This document shows positions 1 to 8,890 of a stretch of 27,386 nucleotides of DNA, in pieces. Source of the stretch: an uncultured Chloroflexia bacterium (GTDB taxonomy: Bacteria; Chloroflexota; UBA6077; JACCZL01). Made by a program: the position numbers and the translations under genes. The notes beneath the pieces were generated by a model, which did no database searches, had not been told where the DNA came from, and worked only from the letters and a program-made list of their open reading frames with translations. Where the stretch lies: NCBI GenBank assembly GCA_963765765.1, contig CAVXYC010000012.1, positions 1 to 27,386 on the forward strand. Reading direction: 5' to 3'. Within the stretch, counting starts at the first letter, position 1. Each line of letters begins with the position of its first letter.

Positions 1-7
1 TGACGGT

Positions 8-1246
8 CAGGGTCTTTTCGTTGTTCGATTGTGACGATGGGGCCACGAGGAAGGAGTGTCGACCGGCGTAGGCTGGGGATCTCCCCTCGAGCGAGGTGGG
101 GAATTCTCCGGGAGGGGACGCATGGACGCGGCCATTCCATCGTTACTCGAAGCCTTGGCCCCGGTGCCGGATCCACGCCATCGCCGCGGCTGCCGGTACT
201 CCGTGGCGACGATCTTGACGTTCGCCGTGTGCGCCATGGTGTCGGGGGCCCGCAGCTTGTATGCGATCGCCCAGTGGGGGCGGGATCAGGGCTCGGCCGA
301 GATCCGCGGGGCGTTCGGCATCACCCGGGCCACCACCCCGAGCGTGGCGACGGTGTTTCGGGTCTTTCGCGATCTCGACCGCGACGCCTTCGAACGGGTT
401 CTGGCCGAGTGGGCCCGCGTCCAGGGGGCCGGTTCCACGGGGGCGGTGGCGCTGGACGGCAAGCACCTCCGCGGGATCCACGGCGAACAGATTCCGGGCG
501 TGCATCTGGTGGCCGCCTTCGCGCATCGGGATGGGCAGGTGCTGGGCCAAAAAGGGGGACGCTGAAGGAGCACGAGCTGCGCCTGGCGGAGGCGCTGTTG
601 GCCGATCTCGACCTCCACGGCGTCACGGTCACCGGTGACGCCCAATTTTGCCAGCGTGCCCTGAGTCATCAGGTGGTCGCGGCGGGCGGCGCGTATTTCT
701 GGGCGGTCAAAGACAACCAGCACCGGCTCCTGGAAGCGTTGGTGGCGCTGTTTACCCTGGAGCCCCCACCCGGTGTGACGTTCGCTCGGGCGGTGCAGCG
801 CGGCCGGCACGGCGATCGGCAGGAAGAGCGCACGCTGCGGACCTCGACGCTCCTGAACGACTACCTCGATTGGCCGCATGTGGCTCAGGTCTGCACCATT
901 GAACGGGTCGTCACGCGGCACGGGCGGACCACCCGGGAAGCCGGGTATGCGCTCACGAGTCTCCACCCGGATCAGGCCGACGCCACCAGCCTGGCCGCCC
1001 TTTGGCGGGGCCATTGGGGCATCGAGAACTGCTTGCATTGGGTGCGCGACGTCACCTTCGATGAAGATCGCAGCCAGATTCGCACGGGCCATGCGCCCCA
1101 GGTCGTGGCCGCCCTGCGCAATACCGCCATCGGGATCCTGCGCCGCGCCGGCCATACCAACATCGCGGCGGCACTGCGCACCTATGCCGCAAGGCCGCTC
1201 GACATCTTGGCGCTCACCGGACTCACGTGACAATGAAAAGACCCTG
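8..1246 (+). mobile_element. ISAs1-family insertion sequence, copy 1 (1239 bp)
   Basis: Terminal inverted repeats CAGGGTCTTTTCGTTGT (8..24) and ACAATGAAAAGACCCTG (1230..1246), 16/17 match. Encloses an ISAs1-type transposase. Near-identical copy at 25191..26427. Confidence 0.95.
122..1230 (+). CDS. ISAs1-family DDE transposase, two frames (orfA 122..565; orfB frame to 1230) joined by a probable -1 frameshift at 549..558
   Basis: orfA has [16 protein letters not shown] and VHLVAAF. orfB has [17 protein letters not shown] and [21 protein letters not shown], all ISAs1/H-repeat motifs. GGAGGGGA RBS precedes ATG 122. Same split in copy 2. Confidence 0.9.
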
Positions 1247-1259
1247 AAGCACTGACGGT
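1247..1259. repeat. Probable target-site duplication of IS copy 1 (AAGCACTGACGGT; left copy truncated by window start)
   Basis: TGACGGT at 1..7, directly before the left IR, recurs at 1253..1259, implying a 13-bp duplication. Only 7 bp can be checked. Confidence 0.6.
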
Positions 1260-1306
1260 CACAACGCTTGACGAGGCGGCCCCCGAGGGCGCAGGATGAT
1301 GAGGAC

Positions 1307-2105
1307 GTGCTCAGAACTCCGCGGTTCAGAGGTCAGCTCCTGGTGGTGCATCTCACCGATCACAGTCGTCAGGTCGGCGAATTCGCACACCACTGGGGGA
1401 ATGACCTCGTCTCACAGCCGTCTCCTCGCTCAAACGTCCTTGAAGCCGCTACGGTTCACGATGGCGGCTGGGCCACGGACACGTACCCTCCGTTGAATCC
1501 CGAGACCGGGTCGGCCGCGGGACTTCCGTGGGCTCTCCCCGCACTACCAGGTCCCAACGTACCGCGGGTGCGTTGAGCAAGCGCTTGCGCGTGGACCGTT
1601 CCAGGCAATGCTGGTGAGTCTGCATTTGAGCGGACTCTACAACAACCGCTTTGGCACGCGCCAATGCTGCGAACCTGGGATACCGACGAGCGGGCCCTGG
1701 CAGAAACGTTTCTGGCCGAGCAAGAGAATTTGCGCCGCACCCTCGCTCCCACGGTTCTCGGCCGACCGATGCGCTCGGACATCACTGAAGAAACTGAGCT
1801 CTGGCGGAACTACCGTTGACTACAGATCGGACCGACTCTCCATCCTGTACACATTCCGTCTCGCCGCTGGATGGAGAACTTGCCCCATTGCCCCTGCCGA
1901 ACGATTCGGAGACCAGGCTTCGATGCACCGCCGCGGGTGAGCTCTCGATGACGCTCGATCCCTACCCATTCGACGACTCGCCCGGGAATTCCCACTGCCA
2001 GCGAAGTTCATTCCCGATCACCGCTACGCTTCCGTCGAGGCATTTCGGGAAGCGCTCGGGCGGACGCCAGTCACGATCCTTGAGTGTCGGGCTTCGCGTA
2101 TCTGA
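1307..2105 (+). CDS. DUF3891-like protein (several frameshifts)
   Basis: Stitched across frames: LLVVHLTDHSRQVGEFAHHWGN..ATVHDGGW..PPLNPETG..MLVSLHLSGLY..LWRNYRLLQ..DRLSILY..LDPYPF..RYASVEAFREAL. This matches my recollection of DUF3891 motifs; no HMM search was run. Confidence 0.65.
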
Positions 2106-2162
2106 GCTCATCAGACTCCATTGCCCCAAATCGGCCGCGGGGAAGTCCTCGTACAGACTTTA

Positions 2163-2178
2163 TGTGTATTCCTACACA
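2163..2178. promoter_or_regulatory. Palindromic candidate operator TGTGTA-N4-TACACA
   Basis: Perfect 6-bp arms in an AT-richer intergenic patch upstream of the receiver gene. Geometry resembles the CRP/FNR-family site TGTGA-N6-TCACA. Confidence 0.35.
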
Positions 2179-2230
2179 ACTTCGGCCGATAAGTCATGAA
2201 CCGTACAGACAGGCGGAAATTTGGCCTGGT

Positions 2231-2638
2231 ATGGTGCCGATTCCAATGAACTCGGCATCTCAGGCGGAGAGTCAGGTGATCGTTGTGGTTGATGACGATC
2301 CGACGATCTGCGAGGTCATCTGTGCAATTCTCGATGGAGAAGGCTATCAAACCTCGAGCTTTGGTGACGCCGCCTCCGCGTTATCAGCGTTGACCTCATC
2401 TCCGCCGTCCTTGGTGCTCATCGACTGGCTCATCCGCGGATCCATGAACGGTGAAGCACTGTTTCGCGCCATCAAGGGTTCACCCGAAACGGCCGCGCTC
2501 CCGATACTCATTTGCACCGCCGGAGCACATCTTCTAGAAACGGCCTCCGATCTGCGCGAAAGCGGTGTTGACGTTCTCCCCAAGCCCGTTGAACTAGAAG
2601 ATCTTCTCCAAACCGTGGCTCGCCTCGTTCGCACGTAG
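2231..2638 (+). CDS. Single-domain response regulator (CheY-like receiver)
   Basis: VVVVDDD acidic pocket, LVLID phospho-acceptor, CTA and KP motifs, no output domain. Start is 2231 or 2246, within ORF 2084..2638. Confidence 0.9.
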   Translation: MVPIPMNSASQAESQVIVVVDDDPTICEVICAILDGEGYQTSSFGDAASALSALTSSPPSLVLIDWLIRGSMNGEALFRAIKGSPETAALPILICTAGAHLLETASDLRESGVDVLPKPVELEDLLQTVARLVRT

Positions 2639-2691
2639 TCTAGAGCGTGCTGATCTCATGGGTTACTGGCCAGAGAGCTTGATACGTCCCT

Positions 2692-3757
2692 CTAGTCGCT
2701 TGCTGCGGTCGGCTTGGCGGACGCCGACTGGTCGTCCCAAGCGGATACGTCCTCACTCCAGGCGCGATATGAGGCGATCAGGCGATCTTCCAGCTCATAG
2801 TCATATGGGTTTGGTGCAAACCGATCGAGCTCCCTCTGATCCAGCTCATCCCGATGCTCGAAGAGCCAGCGGACGGTACGGCGAATCGCGACGTCTGGTG
2901 CAACGAGGTCCCGAATAGCCGAGAACGTACTTGAGTTTCGCCGTGTCCACGATGCGACTCGGCCGCGCATAACTAGCTGAGAGTCGCTCCGCCAGCGGAT
3001 GGCTTACGGGAAGGATGTCCCATTCGTGCTGTAGCTCGTCCGCGACTAGCTGGATGATGTCCGAGAGGAAATAAGTGGTTCCATCTACGGAGTTAAATAC
3101 CTGTCCCGCCGCTTCGGCACGATCGGCGGTGAGCAACACCTGATGCGCAGCGTTCTCGGTGTAGCAGATTGAGGGCACCAGTTTCCCATCGCCGGGCACT
3201 ATCACCGACCTCCGTCCGTCAATCACGCGGCGCACTAAAGGCCAGAGCCACTGACGACTCACCCGCGGGCCGTAGAGATTGGTGTAGCGCAGAATTGTGG
3301 CCGCATAGTCATCCGCTGCCTCGTGGGCAAGTACTCGGCGCTCAGTCTCGGCAATGGCGAATCCTCGCTCCAGGCCCGGGAGTCGCTCCCGAAGCCTGGC
3401 GCGGCCCTCTGAGATGGGGATCTCCCTACTGCCAGGAAACGCCACTAACTCGGAAGGAATGAGACCGGTAAGACTGGTGATCCCGATGAAGCGCTCACAG
3501 TGCCCGGCAAACACATCCGCCGCGTACCGTAGCCGCCCGTACATTCCGCAAACGAGATCCCAATGCGAGCCTGCAGCGGACTCCTCAAGTGACTCGCGAC
3601 TGTTTGGGTCGGCGTGAACATGCTGGACCACTGTGGACATAGTGTCGATCTCATGAGCGCCAGTGTGGAGAATGGTGACGTCGAAGCCACGCTCCAAAAG
3701 TCCACTGACCACGCTTGGACCGCTCGGCCCGGTTCCGCCAATCACCAGTGCCCGCAT
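2692..3757 (-). CDS. NAD-dependent epimerase/dehydratase family protein (frameshift near 2905)
   Basis: MRALVIGGTGPSG Rossmann motif, ILRYTNLYGPR, VPGDG, GQVFN. C-terminus KLKYVLGY continues as RDLVAPDVAIRRTVRW in ORF 2692..2970. Confidence 0.85.
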
Positions 3758-3834
3758 TGCGCTCTGTCTCCTTTGGCCCTCTCATGCCACAAGCTTTGCC
3801 GAGCCAATCCCAATCTGAGTCGCGGTAGCGGGTC

Positions 3835-3868
3835 TTGTCAACCCCTAGGTCTGATCATATATTCAGAC
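3835..3868 (+). promoter_or_regulatory. sigma70-type promoter with overlapping inverted repeat
   Basis: TTGTCA (3835..3840), 17-bp spacer, TATATT (3858..3863). GTCTGA-N8-TCAGAC (3849..3868) brackets the -10. Lies in the divergent gap before the 3903 operon. Confidence 0.55.
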
Positions 3869-3902
3869 TTACATTCTGCCGAGGGGTGCTTGTCTGAGTC
3901 CG

Positions 3903-4670
3903 GTGAACGTGTTGGGACCGCTTCAGATTGTTGAGCGTGATCGGGTCGTGTACGTGCGTGTCGATGACACGGCGCCCGCGATGCCGCCGCCCGTCCGAGT
4001 AGCCAATAGCATCCTCGACGTCTGTATCGAAGTGCGACAGCGACTAGATGCGCCGGGAGCTCTCGCGCTCATCTCAGACAGTCGCGTCTTCTGCATTCAA
4101 AAACCGACGTCGGCTGCTGATTGCGATGAGGCAAACGCCCTCTGGCGTGAGTCGATCCAGTCGCTCGCGGATCTCCCCGTGCCGACTATCGCATGCATTG
4201 CCGGTGACGCAGTCGGTACAGCCTGGGAGCTCGCTCTGGCGTGTGACCTGCGACTGGCCGAAAAGCCCATCATGATGGGAAGCTCGGAGATTATGTTTGG
4301 ACGCATGCCCGCCTGCGGGGGCACCCAGCGTCTGGCCCGGCTCATCGGCCCGACTCGAGCATTGGAGATGCTGCTCATGGGCGAGTTGGTGGACAGCGCT
4401 GCCGCGCTCGAGCGCGGACTGGTTCACGGCGTTTCGGAGACGGGCGGTCTCAACACCATGCTCGAGTCATTCCTGGAGCCGCTGAGAAGTGCAGCCCCGA
4501 TCGCCCTGACGTACGTCAAGGAGGCCGTCCTTCGAGGCATGGATTTACCTCTTGCCGACGGACTTCGACTTGAGGCAGACCTAGCGACACTACTCCAGAC
4601 CACACGCGATCGGGCGGAGGGTCTTAGCGCGTTTCTGGAGCGTCGATCACCGAGGTTTGAGGGGCGTTGA
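3903..4670 (+). CDS. Enoyl-CoA hydratase/isomerase (crotonase) family protein, degenerate N-terminus
   Basis: PVPTIACIAGDAVGTAWELALACDLR, EIMFGRMPACGGTQRLARLIG, C-terminal [22 protein letters not shown]. Confidence 0.9.
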   Translation: MNVLGPLQIVERDRVVYVRVDDTAPAMPPPVRVANSILDVCIEVRQRLDAPGALALISDSRVFCIQKPTSAADCDEANALWRESIQSLADLPVPTIACIAGDAVGTAWELALACDLRLAEKPIMMGSSEIMFGRMPACGGTQRLARLIGPTRALEMLLMGELVDSAAALERGLVHGVSETGGLNTMLESFLEPLRSAAPIALTYVKEAVLRGMDLPLADGLRLEADLATLLQTTRDRAEGLSAFLERRSPRFEGR

Positions 4671-6414
4671 GGACTACGCTGACGGTCGACGGCGTCCGAG
4701 TCAGCCTCGATCCGGCTTCAGTGGCGGCCGACGCTATACGGAGTCTGCTTCAGACGCTTGGAATATCGGCCTCGTCGGAGGATCCGGTCGGCGGTCGAGG
4801 AGGGGAATAGACGTCCAGGGGCAGACATCGTGATCGCCGGGCGCCCGCCCACAGCGAGGCTCTCGCCCCCGCCAAAGGTTTGGGTAACCGTCACCGAGCG
4901 CGGTTTAGAGGTGAATGCGTCCGCCGACGTGGGCGATGTGACACTTGGGTTCGGCCCCGTGGCGGAGATGCTCACCGCGGCCCACGTGGTGCTGGTAGCC
5001 CTCGCTGGCTTCTACTCGTCACGTCGCACAGGACGATCAATTGTCGCCAGTATCGCCATGAGTGAAGTGACGGCGACGTGTGTCACCAGTCTGCTTCTGC
5101 CAAGCTTGTGCGAAAGGCCCGCGCCGCCTCGCCAAACGGCCAAGGCCCGCACGGTGATTCTCCAATGCTCCAATGGCGCGGTGTCAGTGACCCTGAACAA
5201 TCAGGATCGAATCGATCTCGCTGAAATGACCGGGGTCGCGTCACTCGTGGATACCTCGCCGGAATCATTCAAATCTATGCTTCAGTCATGGTCGCGTGAG
5301 CTCACTCGAGATGAGGTGGTCAGAATCCGGCCAGAACTGGAGGCTCCCGATACTTCCAGCAATGCCACGTGACGAGGCGTCTCGTGAAAACATGGGCTCG
5401 CTGAACAGTCCGTTTCACGTGAGGACACGCCGAGCGTATCGATTGATGAACCAGCCACTCTGCGATCCGACAAGCCATCGGCATGTGGCGCAACGCGTCC
5501 TCTAACAGGCGTCCGGGTGCTCGATCTCGGCATGGTCTGGGCTGGTCCTTACTGCGGGCGGCTGCTGGCGGGCCTGGGGGCAGATGTTGTGAAGGTAGAG
5601 GGCCCGCGCCGCCGTGACGGGACCCGACCGCCGGACGACTGGTCCGGGCTGCTCCGGCTTCTTTGCCGATCTCAATCGAAACAAGAAGAGCCTCGTGCTC
5701 GATCTTTCTGCCGAAGCGGGACGCAGTACCTTCGGAGAGCTCATACGCGTCATCGATATCATGGTCGAGAACTTCAGCCCACGCGTGATGCCGAATTTCG
5801 GACTCGACTATTCAGCTCTGTCGAAGTCGAATTCCAAGATCGTTCAAGTCTCCATGCCAGCATTCGAGTCAGACAGCGAGCGCGCACAGTTCGTGAGCTA
5901 TGGAAGTGGTCTCGAGTTGTTGTCGGGCCTTGGAATTCAGGGGCGGGATGGTCAGCTGGAACCTGCAGCGGTGCCATACCTGGATTTTCTCACGGGTGTC
6001 TACGGGGCCATAGCCGCCGTTACGGCCCTGCTAAGGCGAGACCAATTGGGAGTAGGCTCATGGGTCGAGGTCGCCCAGTGTCTCGTGGCGCGTGATTTGC
6101 AGCAATGGTGCCCTGACGACTTGTGGTCGGTCACAAAACCCTCTGTCGATCCTGGTGCCGCAGCTTGGAGCCCCAGCTTACGCGCCAGTAACTTCTACTC
6201 CGACACCCGCGGCGATGGATATTGCCACCATCTCTCCCGATGCCCGTGGACCATCGAAGGCTCCGCGTCGCGCGAACCTTCGGCGAGGAGATACGGTGCT
6301 GATAGCACGCGCGTCCTTGAGGAATTAGGCGGAGTGACGAAGGACGATATTGATCGGTTCATCCGTCAGGGCGTCGTTGTGGACAGTGCAAGGATGGTGA
6401 TAGGCGTCGCATGA
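4667..6414 (+). CDS. Class III (CaiB/BaiF) CoA-transferase, fusion of a degenerate N-terminal domain and an intact-looking C-terminal domain (at least 4 frameshifts)
   Basis: C half: [60 protein letters not shown] half has CaiB-like remnants ([38 protein letters not shown]). TTG start overlaps the upstream stop. The fusion is reconstructed. Confidence 0.7.
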
Positions 6415-7145
6415 GCTTTTCCTCGATCCTGTACGAAAAGCTGGACGCAATCGGCCGAATCACGCTCAATCGGCCGGACGTACTCAACGCATACTCCGTA
6501 CAGATGCGTGACGAGCTCCACGAGGTCCTTCAGGCTGTGTTCGATGACGATGAAGTACTGGTCCTGATCATCCGCGGGGCCGGTCGGGTGTTTTGCGCCG
6601 GGGCTGACCTTCGGGAATTCGGCTCAGCGCCATCACCAGTGGCAGCTCGCCACGTACGCTTCGCGCGCGATGTTTGGGCCCGCCTCCACTCTCTATCAAG
6701 ACCCACCATCATGCAGCTCCATGGGTACGTGTTTGGCTCCGGTCTCGAGATGGCGCTATTCGGCACCTTTCGAATTGCGGCAGAGGGAACGCTGTTTCGG
6801 CTTCCGGAGGTGCAACTCGGCATGGTTCCCGCTGCCGGGCGGCACGCAAACGCTCCCGCGGCTTGCTAGCGCTGGTGCTGCATTGGAGCTACTCTTGACC
6901 GGAGACAATTCGATACAGCCGAAGCATCCCGTCTGGGGATTCTGACACGCGTCGTACCTGGCGATGCGCTCGAAACAGAAGCGCTAGGTTTGGCAGCATC
7001 ACTCGCGGCTCTGAATCCCGCGTTAGTGACAGCGGTAATTCGCGCCGTACGCGAAGGCAGCGAGCTGCCGATGCCGCAGGCTTTGGAGCTGGAGAACCGT
7101 TTGGCCAGCTCCGTCCAGGCCGGGAAGATCCTCCAATGGAGATAG
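6411..7145 (+). CDS. Enoyl-CoA hydratase/isomerase family protein (frameshifts near 6840 and 6905)
   Basis: RITLNRPDVLNA, GAGRVFCAGADL, HGYVFGSGLEMAL, LPEVQLGMVP..GGTQTLPRL. ATGA overlap with the upstream gene. TAG at 7143..7145. Confidence 0.88.
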
Positions 7146-7149
7146 CTGA

Positions 7150-8736
7150 GTGAACGTCGTCGAGCTTCTGGATATCCCCGCCAGCATGTTCCCCGAACAG
7201 AGCATCCTGAGCTTCGATGGACGGACACTGACTTACGAAGAGCTGCAGAGCCTCGTGCAGCAGACGGCCGGATCCCTCGCGACACTCGGAGTGGAGCGCG
7301 GTGATCGCGTCGCGGTGGTCGACACGAACTCCGTGGAGCTAGTAGCCGCGATGTTTGCAATCGTGAGTTTGGGGGCTGTGTTCGTCCCAATGAGCTATCG
7401 GGGCCGAGTTGACGAGTGGCGTCATATGATCGAGTCAACGGAGCCGAAGGTCCTGCTGGCCGGCTCACGGTACGTAGATGGATGCCTGAGCCTGTGTCAG
7501 CCCCGCGATTTGGCGCCGTCGGTGATTCCACTGACCACATCCTCGGCTGACGGAGACCTTCGGGCCATCGCAAACGGTGCAGACCCGGTCTCCTTTGAAG
7601 ACGTAGAAGATGGCGATCTGGCCGTGCTGATGTTCACCAGTGGAAGCACAGCGCTGTCCAAGGCGGTCATGCTCGCGCACGCCGACCTTGTCAATTACGT
7701 ATGTGAAAGCGTGGATTGCGCCGATGGCACTGAGCGCGGAGCAACTCTGCTCTCCGCACCGCTGCATCATATCGCCGGCCTCACCGCGGCCTTGAGCGCA
7801 ATATTCGCTGGACGACGCATCGTTCTCATGCCGCAGTTCGAAGCCGCCGAATGGCTCAATCTCGCCACCAGCGAGCGCGTGACTCATGCATTCCTGGTAC
7901 CGACAATGCTGAAGCGTGTGCTCGACTGTGAGCAATTTTCCGCGGCCGACCTATCTCAATTCGAAGTGCTGTCTTACGGCGCCGCCCCCATGCCTTTAGG
8001 CGTAATCCGTCGAGCCCTTGACTCGTTCCCAACTCACGTGCAGTTCATCATGCATCGTAATGCATTCGGTCAAACCGAGACAACGTCAACGGTAACAATG
8101 CTGGGCCCAGACGATCACCGCCTGGTGGGTAGCCCGGATGAAGTCGAGCACAAGCTTCGACGATTAGGATCCATCGGGCGGCCGCTCCCAGACGTTGAGG
8201 TGCGCCTTGTGAGCGAGATCGGGCAGCCAGTCGCCGTAGGGGAGGTAGGCGAGATTGCCCTGAGAACTCCCCGCACCATGCGAGGCTATTTCGGTCAGTA
8301 TGACGCCACGGCAGCGACGATTCAGGATGGCTGGCTGTTGACGCGAGATCTTGCCTGGATGGACGATGACGGATACATTTTTCTGACTGGTCGAAAGGCG
8401 GATTTGATCATCCGCGGTGGAGAGAACATTGCTCCCCAGGAAGTGGAGCTCGTCCTTGAAACCCATCCGTTAGTCGACGAGGTCGCAGTGATTGGGGTTC
8501 CCGATGACGAATGGGGCGAGCGAGTGTGCGCCGTTGTGGTTACTCGAGCTGGCGAGCCTCTGAGTGAGGGAGACGTGATCGGTTGGTGTCGTGAGCGACT
8601 GGCGAGCTTCAAGACTCCCGAAATCGTCATATTCGCCGACTCACTACCCCGGAACCCTCTCGGCAAATTGATGCGGCCGGAGCTGCGCACGCAGATCCAG
8701 TTGCAAGCATTGAATGGAGAAGTCCATGGCAAATGA
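7150..8736 (+). CDS. Class I adenylate-forming acyl-CoA synthetase (AMP-binding)
   Basis: MFTSGST P-loop, PLHHIAG, FGQTET, GEI, RKADLIIRGGENI, C-terminal PRNPLGK. Confidence 0.95.
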   Translation: MNVVELLDIPASMFPEQSILSFDGRTLTYEELQSLVQQTAGSLATLGVERGDRVAVVDTNSVELVAAMFAIVSLGAVFVPMSYRGRVDEWRHMIESTEPKVLLAGSRYVDGCLSLCQPRDLAPSVIPLTTSSADGDLRAIANGADPVSFEDVEDGDLAVLMFTSGSTALSKAVMLAHADLVNYVCESVDCADGTERGATLLSAPLHHIAGLTAALSAIFAGRRIVLMPQFEAAEWLNLATSERVTHAFLVPTMLKRVLDCEQFSAADLSQFEVLSYGAAPMPLGVIRRALDSFPTHVQFIMHRNAFGQTETTSTVTMLGPDDHRLVGSPDEVEHKLRRLGSIGRPLPDVEVRLVSEIGQPVAVGEVGEIALRTPRTMRGYFGQYDATAATIQDGWLLTRDLAWMDDDGYIFLTGRKADLIIRGGENIAPQEVELVLETHPLVDEVAVIGVPDDEWGERVCAVVVTRAGEPLSEGDVIGWCRERLASFKTPEIVIFADSLPRNPLGKLMRPELRTQIQLQALNGEVHGK

Positions 8737-8890
8737 AGTACGCAAGCGGTATGTCTGTTCGTCTTGCAACACCGAGATGCTGGTCACTCGGGGCGGCGAG
8801 GGCACACTGACGTGCTGCAACGCGCCCATGCAGATTCGGAGTGCCGCGTCAGCCCCAAAGGCTGAGGCTCAGGAGGCAAATCGTGGCTAA
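8726..8890 (+). CDS. Small desulforedoxin-like metal-binding protein 1 (54 aa; not in the ORF track)
   Basis: Own translation: MANEVRKRYVCSSCNTEMLVTRGGEGTLTCCNAPMQIRSAASAPKAEAQEANRG. CxxC-x15-CC motif, GGAG RBS upstream, start overlaps the end of the ligase. Confidence 0.85.
   Translation: MANEVRKRYVCSSCNTEMLVTRGGEGTLTCCNAPMQIRSAASAPKAEAQEANRG

Noticed and set aside
31-548. N-terminal part of the 399-aa ORF 31..1230 (and of the 491-aa ORF 25009..26484) as real protein
   Set aside because: Arg/Gly-rich shadow translation. The transposase motifs in this stretch are in the 122..565 frame, and the substitution at 400 is silent only in that frame.
8041-8080. Apparent 3-residue insertion (MHR) before NAFGQTET in the ligase
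   Set aside because: It could be a local read artefact (ATGCAT repeated nearby) and cannot be interpreted without homologues.
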